In this document: in pieces, positions 17,499 through 29,696 of the stretch
Layout: each line of letters begins with the position of its first letter
Position numbering within the stretch: position 1 is the first letter of the stretch
Assembly: GCA_038087875.1 (NCBI GenBank)
Contig: JAXLNO010000158.1
Location: 1 to 64,000 of the forward strand
DNA length: 64,000 bases
Direction of reading: 5' to 3'
Source: Malacoraja senta
Lineage: Eukaryota
Made by a program: the position numbers and the translations under genes
Notes under the pieces: generated by a model
What the model was told of the DNA's origin: nothing
Databases searched by the model: none
Seen by the model: the letters and a program-made list of their open reading frames with translations, nothing else

Positions 17499-18024
17499 AA
17501 CAGCGAATCCCACCTCCTCCATCAGATCGTCACAGAGATACCACGACGAACCGTGCGCCTCAAGTCACGGCGCCCCTTCGCCACGCAAGCCCAAGAGCTG
17601 CTCTGCACGACACCGGCTGACGCTTCCAAGGCCGCCTGGGTCAAGACGAGATGGAGAGACCAGTGGAAGTCAGCGGAACCATCTAGGCTACACCATTACA
17701 TCGATGACCCCATGGACGCCCCCGGCCAGGACCTGCCCCGAAAGCGGTGGACAACCCTCAACCGCTTGAGGACAGGCATTGGACGCTATGAAGTAGCGAT
17801 GAAGAGGTGGGGGCCTCGTGGACAGCGAGTGCCTCCTGCGAGTGTGTGGGGGACCCAACACAGACAGTGGAGCCCACACATAGTCACCAGTTGCCCCAAA
17901 CACCGGCCACCGGATGGTGAACGAGGTGTGATTGACCTGGACGATGACAGACACGTTGGCCTGGCTCGCCTCAACGGAGCTGCAGGTCTAAAAGACACAC
18001 GACAGAAGAAGAAGAAGAAGAAGA
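17499..18024 (+). mobile_element. Vingi/Ingi-group non-LTR retrotransposon 3' fragment
   Basis: WTTLNRLRTGIGR...KRWG, then a frameshifted C-x-C-G...HIVTSCP zinc knuckle; CACACGACA(GAA)n tail; AGGGG TSD. Confidence 0.7.
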
Positions 18025-19059
18025 AGGGGTTATGGGGGAGAAGTCAAGAGAATGGGTTTGAGAGGGAGAGATAGATCAGCCATGATTGAATGGCGGAGTA
18101 GACTTGACGGGCCGAATGGTCTAATTCTGCTCCTATTACTTATGAGCGTCCAGGTTTAGGAGCAGTTTCTTCCCTACAACCATCAGGCTATTAAACACTA
18201 CAACCTTCAAAGAGGCTCGGAATTTGAGGCTTCATAGATTTGCGGACATTATTTTTGACTGCACTATTATTATCTATTTATTTGTCTATTTTTTTAATGT
18301 ATGTATATATATATATATATATATACAGAACTTTAAAAAAATGTATTCTGGGTTTTACAGAGTACTGTGTTTACATATCTGTCGTGCTGCTGCTCGTAAA
18401 AATTTAATTGTCCTGTTTCGTGACATTTGGCAATAAAACACTTCATTTGGTCATAAGTGATAGGAGCAGAATTAGGCCATTCGGCCCATCAAGTCTACTC
18501 CGCCATTCAATCATGGCTGATCTATCTCTCCCTCCTAACCCCATTCTCCTGCCTTCTCCCCATAACCTCCAACACCCGTACCAATCAAGAATTGATCTAT
18601 CTCTGCCTTAAAAATATCAACTGACGACCTCCACACCCCTCTGTGGCAAAGAGTTCCACAGATTCACCACCCTCCGACGAAAAAAATTCCCCCTCAACTC
18701 CTTGCAAAAGGAACTTCTTTTAATTCTGGGGCGATGATCTCTAGTCCTGGACTCTCCCACTAGTGGAAACATCCTCTCCACATCCACTCTATCCAAGCCT
18801 CTCACTATTTGGTAAGTTTCAATGAGGAACCCCTTCATTCTTCTAAACTCCAGCGAGTACAGGCCCAGTGCCGTCAAACGCTCATCATAGGTTAACCCAC
18901 TCATTCCTGGGATCGTTCTCATAAACCTCCTCTGGACCCCCTCCGGAGCCGGCACGTCTGTCCTTATTGACTCTCGATTCTTGGAAATGCAACCTCGTCA
19001 TTTTACGGAGCCAATCTGTTCCGTGAGAGATAGATAATGTTCAGCAAAAATGGAAGGTC

Positions 19060-20312
19060 GGATTTACGAAGGGGAAATCATGTTTGACTAATCTTCTGGA
19101 ATTTCTTGAGGATGTAACCAGGAAAATGGACAAGGGAGAGCCAGTGGATGTAGTGTACCTGGACTTTCAGAAAGCATTTGATAAGGTCCCACATAGGAGA
19201 TTAGTGGGCAGATTAAAGCACATGGTATTGGGGGTCGGGTACTGACATGGATAGAAAATTGGTTGGCAGACAGGAAACAAAGAGTAGGGATTAACGGGTC
19301 CCTTTCAGAATAGCAGGCAGTGACTAGTGGGGTACCGCAAGGCTCGGTGCTGGGACCGCAGCTATTTACAATATACATCAATGATTTAGATGAAGGAATT
19401 AAAAGTAACATTAGCAAATTTGCAGATGACGCAAAGCTGGGTGGCAGTGTGAACTGTGAGGAGGATGCTATGAGGATGCAGGGTGACTTGGACAGGTTGG
19501 GCAGATGCATGGCAGATGCAGTTTAATGTGGATAAATGTGATGTTATCCACTTTGGTGGCAAAAACAGGAAGGCAGATTATTATCTTGACACCTGAATGG
19601 TGTCAAGTTGGGAAAAGGGGAAGCACAACGAGATCTGGGGGTCCTTGTTCATCAGCCTCTGAAAGTAAGCATGCAGGTACAGCAGGCAGTGAAGAAAGCG
19701 AATGGCATGTTGGCCTTCATAACAAGAGGAGTTGAGTATAGGAGCAAAGAGGTTCTTCTGCAGTTGTACAGGGCCCTAGTGAGACCACACCTGGAGTATT
19801 GTGTCTCCAAATTTGAGGAAGGACATTCTTGCTATTGAGGGAGTGCAGCGTAGGTTTACGAGGTTAATTCCAGGGATGGCGGAGCTGTCATATGCTGAGA
19901 GAATGGAGCGACTGGGCTTGTACACTCTGGAATTTAGAAGGATGAGAGTTTACCTTATTGAAACATATAAGATTATTAAGGGGTTGGACACGCTAGAGGC
20001 AGGAAACATGTTCCCGATGTTGGGGGAATCCCGAACCAGGGGCCACATTTTAAGAATAAGGGGTAAGCCATTTAGAACGGAGTTGAGGAAACACTTTTTC
20101 ACACAGAGTGTTGTGAATCTGTGGAATTCTCTGCCTCAGAAGGAAGTGGAGGCCAATTCTCTGGATGTTTTCAAGAGAGAGTTAGATAGAGCTCTTAAAG
20201 ATAGTGGATATGGGAAGAAGGCAGGAACGGGGTACCGATTGTGGATGATCAGCCATGATCATATTGAAGGGCCGAATGGCCTGCTCCTGCACCTATTGTC
20301 TATTGTCTATTG
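19060..20312 (+). mobile_element. CR1 subfamily B, degenerate RT fragment
   Basis: [11 protein letters not shown] and KFADD with frameshifts; (TCTATTG)n tail. Confidence 0.9.
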
Positions 20313-21341
20313 TCACAGAGGACCGCATCCACAACTCTCTGCAATTCCTTGTGTTATTGTCTAGTGCACTCCTTATACAATTCGAAACTACTGTATTTTT
20401 ACATTCTGTCCTCTTAAAAAAGAAGCTACCATCAATATGGGTCGCGACCCAAAACGTCACCCATTCCTTCTCTCCAGAGATGCTGCCTGTCCCGCTGAGT
20501 TACTCCAGCATTTTGCGCCCATCTTCGGTGTAAACCAGCATCTGCAGTTCCTTCCTACATAGGATGAAACGACTGTCACAGGAAAGATGTTGTCAAGCTG
20601 GCAAAGTGTGCAGGGAAGATTTGCGAGGATGTTGCCAGGACCCGAGGGTCTGAGCTGCAGGGAGAGGCTGGGCAGGACTGGGACTCCATTCCTTGGAGAG
20701 CAGGAGGATGAGGGGTGATCTTCAGATTCAGATTCAGATTCAGAAAACTTTATTGTCTGCCGTAACAGAAAATCTTATGGAGGTGTACAAAATCATGAGA
20801 GGAATAGATCGGGTGGACGCACAGAGTCTCTTGCCCAGAGTAATGGGAATCGAGGACCAGAGGACATAGTTTTAAGGTGAGCAGGGAAAGATTTAATAGG
20901 AACCAGAGGGGTAACGTTTTTTACACAAAGGGTGGTGGTGGGTGTATGGAACGAGCTGCCGGAGGAGGTAGTTGAGGCAGGGCCTATCGCAACGTTTAAG
21001 AAACAGTTAAACAGGTACATGAATTGGACAGGTTTAGAGAGGAATGGACCAAACCCAGGCAGGTGGAATAAATGTGGATGTGGCAGGTTGGTCAGCGTGA
21101 GCAGTTCGGACCAGTTTCCATGCTGTATGACTCTGACTCTTTGACTCAAGTCTGCTTGATTGGTAAGGGCCTCAGGGGTTAAGGGGCGAAGGCAAGAGAA
21201 TGGGGTTGAGAGGGAAAGATAGACCAGCCACGATTGAATGGTTGGCTAGATGGGCTGAATTGACTAATTCTGCTCTTATAACTGATGAAGTTATGAATTT
21301 GGTCTGATTTCCTAATGTTATTTCCGGAAGGTAGTGTATGC

Positions 21342-21722
21342 TTCTCTTTTCCTTTTTCCTTGGGGGTTCCATTTCAGGGCTTGCCGGGTGGGTGATGTTT
21401 GTGGCAGGTTTCATGAGGGGGTGCGTCCAATCCAACTCCATTTTGTCCTTCGAATTTGTAAGTCAATGTGGTCCTGGCTTGTCCTTTTTCCACAGGTCCA
21501 CATTGCTTACTTTGTCTCCCCATCAGATGTTAAGTATTCTCCTAAGGCAGGTGTAAATGAATAGGAACGGGAACAGCTGGAGAAGAGGTGTCCAGACAGA
21601 AGTGTCTGAGAGTGGGCTCAACTGGGGAGATCTCAAAAGAACTGCCACAACCGAGTGTGGTGGAGGATATTTTTTGATGGCCTATACTCCCTAGAGGAAC
21701 AAAGGGCTTAAGAAGAAGCAGA
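21342..21722 (+). mobile_element. RTE-clade LINE 3' fragment with 5' inversion
   Basis: 21342 to about 21562 (minus) encodes RTE-like CLRRILNI...KWSWIG..LMKP...WNPQGKRKR; about 21568-21722 (plus) continues NSWRR...DGLYS plus an AAG tail. TSD AGTGTATGC. Confidence 0.75.
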
Positions 21723-21902
21723 AGTGTATGCCACTGTCTTTAATCCCTCTCGCTGATATGTAACTGCAGACCCACAACTGTGTGGTTTAGTTAAGAGTCA
21801 TAGAGTCATACAGCGTGGAAACAGGACCTTCCGCCCAACTTGCTAATGCCCCATCTACAGTAGTCCCACCTGCTCCCGTTTGGCCCATATCCCTCTAAAC
21901 CT

Positions 21903-22541
21903 TTATAACAAGAGGAACCGAATATAGGAGCAAAGAGGTCCTTCTGCAGTTGTACAGAGGCCTAGTGAGACCACACCTGGAGTATTGTGTGCAGTGTTGG
22001 TCCCCTAATTTGAGGAAGGACATTCTTGCTATTGAGGGAGTGCAGCGCAGGTTCACCAGGTTAATTCCCAGGATGGCGGGACTGTCATATGCTGAGAGAA
22101 TGGAGCGGCTGGGCTTGTACACTCTGGAGTTTAGAAGGATGAGAGGGGATCTCATTGAAACATATAAGATTGTCAAGGGCTTGGACACACTAGAGGCAGG
22201 AAACATGTTCCCAATGTTGGGGGAGTCCAGAGCCAGGGGCCACAGTTTAAGAATAAGGGCTAAGCCATTTAGAACGGAGACGAGGAAACACTTTTTCTCC
22301 CAGAGAGTGGTGAGTCTGTGGAATTCTCTGCCTCAGAGGGCGGTGGAGGCAGGTTCTCTGGATGCTTTCAAGAGAGAGCTAGATAGGGCTCTTAAAGATA
22401 GCGGAGTCAGGGGATATGGGGAGAAGGCAGGAACAGGGAACTGATTGGGGATGATCAACCATGATCACATTGAATGGCGGTGCTGGCTCGAAGGGCCAAA
22501 TGGCCTACTCCTGCGTCTATTGTCTATTGTCTATTGTCTAT
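21903..22541 (+). mobile_element. CR1 subfamily B 3' fragment
   Basis: ORF 21950-22444; TCTATTG tail. Confidence 0.9.
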
Positions 22542-22971
22542 TCCAAAGACATACAGGGTTGCAGGTTAATCGGCTTGGTATAAATGTAAAAATTGTCCCT
22601 AGTGTGTGCAGGAGAGTGTTAGTGTGCGGGGATCGCTGGTCGGCACGAACCCGGTGGGCCGAAGGGCCTGATTCCGCGCTGGATCTCTAAACTCTACACA
22701 GCTGAGTCAAAAAGTATTTTTTAGAGATACAACATGGAAAGACAACTTGACCTACCGAGTCCACATCCACCATCGATCACCTGTTGACACTCGTTCTATG
22801 TGGTCCCACTATACGCTCGGGTACAGTTACAGTTTAGTTTATTGTCACGTGTACCGAGGTACAGCGAAAAGCTTTTGTTGCTGTTGCTATCCAGCCAGTG
22901 GAAAGGCAACGCATGATTACAATTGGGCCATTTACAGTGTATAGAGATGCCAATTAACCTCGTGTACCCTG

Positions 22972-23225
22972 GACACTGTCCCACTTGGCGATTTTTTTCG
23001 GCGACTGCCGGCATAATTGACTGACGTATCACGTCACCGAAAAATACGTGGCGTGATGCCATAGGACGGGGCGGTGATGACGTACGACGCGGCGGTGACG
23101 TTTGACGCGCGGTGTTTTTTCAAGCGTCGCGACCACTTTTTTGTCGCCGCTGGATTTTGAAATGTTCGAAATCTTTTGGCGACACTGATATGACGCCATC
23201 AAAATCGCCAAGTGGGACAGGCCCT
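22972..23225. mobile_element. PIF/Harbinger-type MITE
   Basis: TIRs CTGTCCCACTTGGCGATTTT / AAAATCGCCAAGTGGGACAG; homologous to 26886-27107. Confidence 0.75.
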
Positions 23226-23339
23226 TGACACTATCCTACGCACCCTTGGGACAATGTACAATTTTACCTAGCCAATTGGCGTACACACCTGTCTTTGGAG
23301 TGTGGGAGGAAACCAGAGCACCCGGGGAAAACCCACTAT

Positions 23340-25425
23340 GTCTATGACTCTAATCAGACTGTCAACCTCTTTAGGAAATTCATAGTACGGAGGGCTATTA
23401 ATTTCCATTGAATGACAAGCCTGCTTTTAGCAGGTTAATGAATACGGTTCCCAAATAAGAAGGGAATTTACGCGTCTTCACCTCAATTACACTCTGTAAT
23501 TACACAATCCCTTTGTTTTCTCCTGTGATTTGAGCCGTTGTGAATGATATGGGTATTGTTAACTCAGAGAGCCACAAGACAAGGCCCTTTATCTTATGAG
23601 TTTCAGTTTTAGCTCTAGTTTAGTTTAGTTTGTTTAGAGATACAGCGCGGAAACTGGCCCTTCGGCCCTCCGAGTCCCCGCCGACCAGCGATCCCCGCAC
23701 ACTAAAGTCAAGTCAAGAGGTTTAGGGGTAACATTAGGGGGAATTTCTTTACTCAGAGAGTGGTAGCTGTGTGGAATGAGCTTCCAGTGGAAGTGGTGGA
23801 GGCAGGTTTGATGTTATCCTTTAAAAATAGATTGGATGGGTATATGGACGGGAAAGGAATGGAGGGTTATGGTCTGAGTGCAGGTAGATGGGACTAGGGG
23901 GAAGTATTTATTTTCGGCACGGACTTGAAGGGCCGAGATGGCCTGTTTCCGTGCTGTTATGGTTATATGGTTAAGTCAAGTGAGTTTATTGTCATGTGTC
24001 CCTGGTAGGACAATGAAATTCTTGCTTTGCTTCAGCACAACAGAACATAGTAGGCATTGACTACAAGGCATTCTATAAATATATACACAATGGTCAATAT
24101 ACTGATAAAGTGCAAATAACAGTATTGGCTAATAAAGTTCAGTGTTATGTCCGAGCCAGGTTTAATAGCCTGATGGCTGTGGGGATAAACACTATCCTAC
24201 ACAGATTTACACCAAGCCAATTAACCTACAAACCTGCACGTCTTTGAAGTGTGGGAGGAAACCGAAGATCTCAGAGAAAACCCGCGCGGGTCACGGGGAG
24301 GGGAACGTACAAACTCCGTACAGACACCACCCGTAGTCGGGATTTAATCTGGGTCTCTGGCGCTGTGAGGCAGCAACTCTACCGCTGCGCCACCGTGCCG
24401 CCCCTTTACAAGTTTTGGACGGCAACGTTGGAGCAGCGGTAGAGTTGCCGCCTCACAGCGCTTTCAGCGCCAGAGCCGCGGGTTCAATCCCGACTGTGTT
24501 GTCTGTACGGAGTTTGTACGTTCTCCCCGTGACCTGCGCGGGTTTCCTCCGGGGTCTTCGGTGTTGCTCCACACTCCGAAGACGTGCAGGTTAACAGTTC
24601 GAGAAGGAACTGCAGATGCTGGAAAATCTAAATGGCTGGAGAAACTCAGCGGGTGCGGCAGCATCTGTGGAGCGAAGGAAATGGGCAACGTTTCTGGGCC
24701 AAAACACTTCTTCAGACTGAGCGGCAATGTCTGAAAGAAAGGTTTCGGCCCGAAACGTTGCCTATTTCCTTCGCTCCATAGATGCTGCCGCACCCGCTGA
24801 GTTTCTCCAGCATTTCTGTCTACCTTCTGTAGGTTAATTGGCTTGCTATAAATGTAAATTGTCCTTAGTGGGTGTAGGATAGTGTTTAGTGTGCGGGGAT
24901 CGCTGGTCGGTGCCGAAAGGCCAGTTTCTGCGCTGTATCTTTAAACTAAACTAAACTAAACTAGGGTACACAAAAATGCTGGAGAAACTCAGCGGGTGCA
25001 GCAGCATCTATGGAGCGAAGGAAATAGGCAACGTTTCGGGGCCGATACCTTCCTAGACTGATCTAGTTTAGTTTTAGCAGGTAAACTAAACTAGAGCTGA
25101 AAGTGAAACTGAAGGGCCTTGTCTTGTGGCTCTTGTGGCTCTCCGAGTTAACAATACCCATATCATTCACAACAGCTCAAATCACAGGAGAACACAAAGG
25201 ACTGCGTAATTACAGTGTAATTGAGGTGAAGACGCGTAAGTTGCCTTCTTATTTGGGACACGTAATCATTAGATCAAGTTGAGGTTATTGCCACATGCAC
25301 CAATCAAGGTATCAAATTTTAGTTCCCATTAACCTGCTAAAAGCAGGCTTGCCAATCAATGGAAATTAGTAGCCCTCCGTACTACGAATTTCCCAAGAGG
25401 CTGACAGTCTGATTATAGTCATAGA
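23340..25425. repeat. Diverged 2.1 kb fold-back inverted duplication centred at about 24410
   Basis: 23340-23625 is the reverse complement of about 25083-25425; the inner arms are head-to-head SINEs. Confidence 0.85.
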
Positions 25426-26056
25426 GTCATACAGTGTGGAAACAGGCCCTTCGGCCCCACTTGGCCATGCCGACCTACACTAGTCCAACCTGCCCGGGTT
25501 CAGCCCATATCTCTCCCAACCTTCCCTATCTATGTACCTGCCCAAATGACTTAAATGCCTCAAGTACCTGCCTCAACTACCTCCTCTGGCAGCTCATTCC
25601 ATCATGACACCTTGTTAAAGTCTGCTTCTCTACATCCAGAAGGTCCACACAAGAGGCCCTTAAAGGGCCTGTCCCGATTTCTTTACGCCGACTGCCACCC
25701 AGCACCCTCTGTGTGAGAAAGTTGTCCCTCAAGTTCCGATTAAATCTTTCCCCTCTCACCTTAACCCCATGTCCACTGGTTCTTGATTCCCCTGCTCTTT
25801 AGTCAGAGGGTGGCGAATCTGCGGAATTCTTTGCCACAGAAGGTGGTGGAGGCCAAGTCAGTGGATATTTTTAAGGCAGAGATAGATAGATTCTTGATTA
25901 GTGCGGGTGTCAGGGGTTATGGGGAGAAGGCAGGAGAATGGGGTTGACAGGGAAAGATAGATCAGCCATGATTGAATAGTGAAGTTGACTTGATGGGCCG
26001 AATGGCCTAATTCTGCCGCTATAACCTATGAACATCTCATACACCTTCATAAGTTA

Positions 26057-26495
26057 CATAGATACATAGATATATAGAAAATAGGTGCAGGAGTAGGCCA
26101 TTCGGCCCTTCGAGCCTGCACCGCCATTCAATGTGATCATGGCTGATCATCCAACTCAGTATCCCGTACCTGCCTTCTCTCCATACCCCCTGATCCATTT
26201 AGCCACAAGGGCCACATCTAACTCCCTCTTAAATATAGCCAATGAACTGGCCTCAACTACCCTCTGTGGCAGAGAGTTCCAGAGATTCACCACTCTCTGT
26301 GTGAAAAAGTTTTTCCTCATCTCGGTCTTAAAGGATTTCCCCCTTATCCTTAAGCTGTGACCCCTTGTCCTGGACTTCCCCAACATCGGGAACAATCTTC
26401 CTGCATCTAGCCTGTCCAACCCCATAAGAATTTTGTACGTTTCTATAAGATCCCCTCTCAATCTCCTAAATTCTAGCGAGTATAAGCCAAGTCTA
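26057..26495 (-). mobile_element. CR1 subfamily A 3' fragment
   Basis: C-terminal part of ORF 26156-26605. Confidence 0.88.
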
Positions 26496-26885
26496 TGTGA
26501 TAGGAGCAGAATAGATTGCCATTCAATCATAATCGATCTATCTTTCCCTCTCAACCCCATACTCCTGCCCTCTCCCCATAACCCCTGACACCCCGTACCA
26601 ATCAAGAATCGATCTATCTCCGCTTTAAAAATATCCGTTGACGGCCTCCACAGCCGCCTGTGGCAAAGAGTTCCACAGATTCACCACCCGCTGACCAAAG
26701 ACCTCTAAAAGATCACCGCTCATCCTCCTGTAACCTCTAGGAATAGCCCTCTGTACTTTGAATTTCCTAAACAATAGTCTGGCATTTCCACGTAAAGAGA
26801 AGCACGAAAGTTCGCAAGCTGCACTGAGAGCGAGAATAATTGCATATATATTGGGTGAATCCGTAGTAAACATGAAGGGTGATTA

Positions 26886-27107
26886 AGGGCCAGTCCCACT
26901 TGGCGATTTTTTTCGGCGACTGCCGGCATCATTGACTGACGTATCAGGTCACCGAAAAATCCGCGGCGTGATGATGTATTGACGCGCGGAGTTTTTTTCA
27001 AGTGCCGCAACGTTTTTTTTTGTCGCCGCTGGATTTCGAAATGTTTTAAATCTTTTGGTGACCCTGATATGTAGCCGGCAGTCGGCGAAAAATTCGGGAC
27101 AGGTCCT
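26886..27107. mobile_element. PIF/Harbinger-type MITE
   Basis: AGGGCCAGTCCC...GGGACAGGTCCT with TTA TSD. A further one-ended copy lies at about 31790-32145. Confidence 0.75.
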
Positions 27108-28327
27108 TTAAGGGCTTCTTGTGTGGACCTTCTGGATGTAGTGAAACAGACTTTACCAAGGTGTCAGGACATGGTGCCCTGTAATACGTTCTAATTTAGT
27201 TTTGGCAAAGTAAATGGAGTTGATTCCAAAAGGTTATGGCAACATATAAAAACTTACTGTGGCTTAGTTTTCAGTTTTGTTTAGAGATACAGCGCGGAAA
27301 GAGGCCCTTCAGCCCGCCGAGTCCGTGCCGACCAGCGATCCCCGCACACTGACACTATCCTACACACACACGAGGGACATTTTACAATTATACCAAGCCA
27401 ATTCACCTACAAACCTACATGCTTGTTGGAGTGTGGGAGGAAACCGGAGCTCCTGGAGAAAACCCACGCATGTCAGGGGGAAAAATGTACAAACTCCGTA
27501 CAGACAAGCACCCATAGTCAGGATCGAACCTGGGCCTCCTGTGAGGCAGCAACTCCACCGCTGCGCCACCGTTCTCAATACGGAGAACCAATTTATCCTA
27601 GATGGACACAAAATGTTGGAGTGACTCAGCGGGTCAGGCAGCATCTCTGGAGAAAAGGAAATAGGTGAGGTTTCAGGTTCTTCTTCAGCCTGAGAGGTGG
27701 GAGGGGAGGGGGTGGGGGAGGGAAATGTTGCCCAGCCAACAATGGGCCATTGTGGGCTCCACCCTACCCGTGGTCATCTGATGCCCGCCCTGACTTGTTC
27801 TGGCCTTTTCTCACCTAGTGTATCCCCCCTCCCCCCTTCACCCCCATTATCAGTCAGTATTTTTACCCAGGGCAGGTGAATCACGAACCAGAGGAGATAG
27901 GTTTAAGGTGAGAGGGGCAGGTTTAATAGGAACCTAAGGGGCAACATTTTCTCACAGAGGGTGGTGTTGTACGGAATAAGCTTCCAGAGTAGAAGACCAG
28001 GGCAAGGGTCAGTGCAGGGGCCGCTACTATTCACGTTGTGTATCAATGATTTGGTCGAGGGGATAGAAGGCTTTGCGGCCGAGTTTGCAGATTATATCAA
28101 AATAGGTGGAAGGGGCAGGTAGTGTAGAGAAAGCAGGGACTCTGCAGAAGGACTTGGACAGGTAGTGAGAGTGGGCAGAGAAGTGGCAGATGGAATACAG
28201 TGTAGCAAAGAGTGGAGTCGTGTATTTTGGTAGTAGGGATAAAGGCGTGGACTATTTGAGAGAATCCATAAGTCGGAGGTGTAATCTGGAATCCGTAGAA
28301 TTCATTGCCACAGAAGGCTGTGGAGGC

Positions 28328-28992
28328 CAGGGACGGAAAACCCGGGGGGGGGGGGGGCAGAGGGGACACGTCCCCCCCCATGTTTTGGGAGGTGGGGGAC
28401 ATCCCCCCCCAAGTTTTTGTAATCTGTATTTTAAAATCTCCGCTTTCCGCGAGACAGTGGGGATGGGACTGGTGATCGAGGGAGCGATGATTGGAGGAGG
28501 GAGGAGGGGGGGCGGGTGGGACTGAGGATAGAGTGCGGCGATTGGAGGAGGGAGATGTGGCACAGATCTGCGCATCATCCGCAGGCAGGATCGATCCCGG
28601 CCGGGTCTCCGGCGCTGTCCCGAGTGCACCCCCCCCCCCACGAGTGGCCAGAGAGGTCGGGAGTCAGACGTGAGCTGTGCCCCCCAGGCCCACAGCCAGC
28701 GCAGAGAAACAGCGCTAATCCCAGCTCAACTCTGCCTGTCCCGCCAGGTGAACCTGCCTGGACTTGCGGGAAATACAGCCAGCGCGGAGAAGCAGCGCTG
28801 GTGTCCCATCAGTCCAGACAGGGCTGTAGTTAACCCGGTGAGACAGGCAGAGTTGAGCTGCATTTAGCGCTGGATTGAGCCTCCGAAGCCTCGCGCGTGT
28901 GTGTGTGTGTGTGAGTGTGCGCAAGCGCGCGCGGCCGCCAAAAAATTGTGTCCCCCGTCCCCTCCATGTTTTAATAGCGAGCTCCGCTCTTG
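28328..28992. mobile_element. Non-autonomous hAT-type element
   Basis: 8-bp TSD GTGGAGGC (28320-28327, 28993-29000); imperfect TIRs CAGGGACGGA / TCCGCTCTTG. Confidence 0.75.
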
Positions 28993-29603
28993 GTGGAGGC
29001 CAAGTCAATGGATATTTTTAAGGCAGAGATAGATGGATTCTTGATTAGTATGGGTGTCATGGGGTTATGGGGAGAAGGCAGGAGAATGGGGTTAGGGGGG
29101 AGAGATAGAGCAGGCCTGATTGAATGGCAGAGTCGACTTGATGGGTCAAATGGCCTAATTCTGCTCCTATCACTTATGAACTTGAGGCAACTTGAGGTAG
29201 TTGACAATAGACAATAGACAATAGACAATAGGTGCAGGAGGAGACCATTCGGCCCCTCGAGCCAGCACCGCCATTCAATGTGATCATGGCTGATCATCCC
29301 CAATCAGTACCCCTGTTCCTGCCTTCGCCCCATATCCCCTGACTCTGCTATCTTTAAGAGCCCTATCTAGCTCTCTCTTGAAAGCATCCAGAGAACTGGC
29401 CTCCACCGCCCTCTGAGGCAGAGAATTCCACAGACTCACCACTCTCTGTGAGAAAAAGTGTTTCCTCATCTCTGTTCTAAATGGCTTACTCCTTATTCTT
29501 AAACCCCTCCACTGCCTTTCGAACGCAGATACTATCACAACATTCAAAAGACATTTGGACGGGTACATGGATAGGGAAGGTTTAGAAGGATATGGACCAA
29601 ATG

Positions 29604-29696
29604 AAGAAGGGTTTCGGCCCGAAACGTCGCCTATTTCCTTGGCTCCATAGATGCTGCCTCACCCGCTGAGTTTCTCCAGCACTTTTTTGTCTACCT
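29604..29696 (+). mobile_element. 93-bp Penelope-derived mini-element starting within the hammerhead core
   Basis: 11-bp TSD TGGACCAAATG (29593-29603, 29697-29707) inside a CR1 3' region. Confidence 0.8.

Larger units (their letters stand above)
14240..18440 (+). mobile_element. Rex1/Babar-like LINE fragment hosting a nested insertion cluster
   Basis: Pieces at about 14240-14296, 16402-16631 and 18146-18440 join into the same sequence as 6100-7770. Confidence 0.65.
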
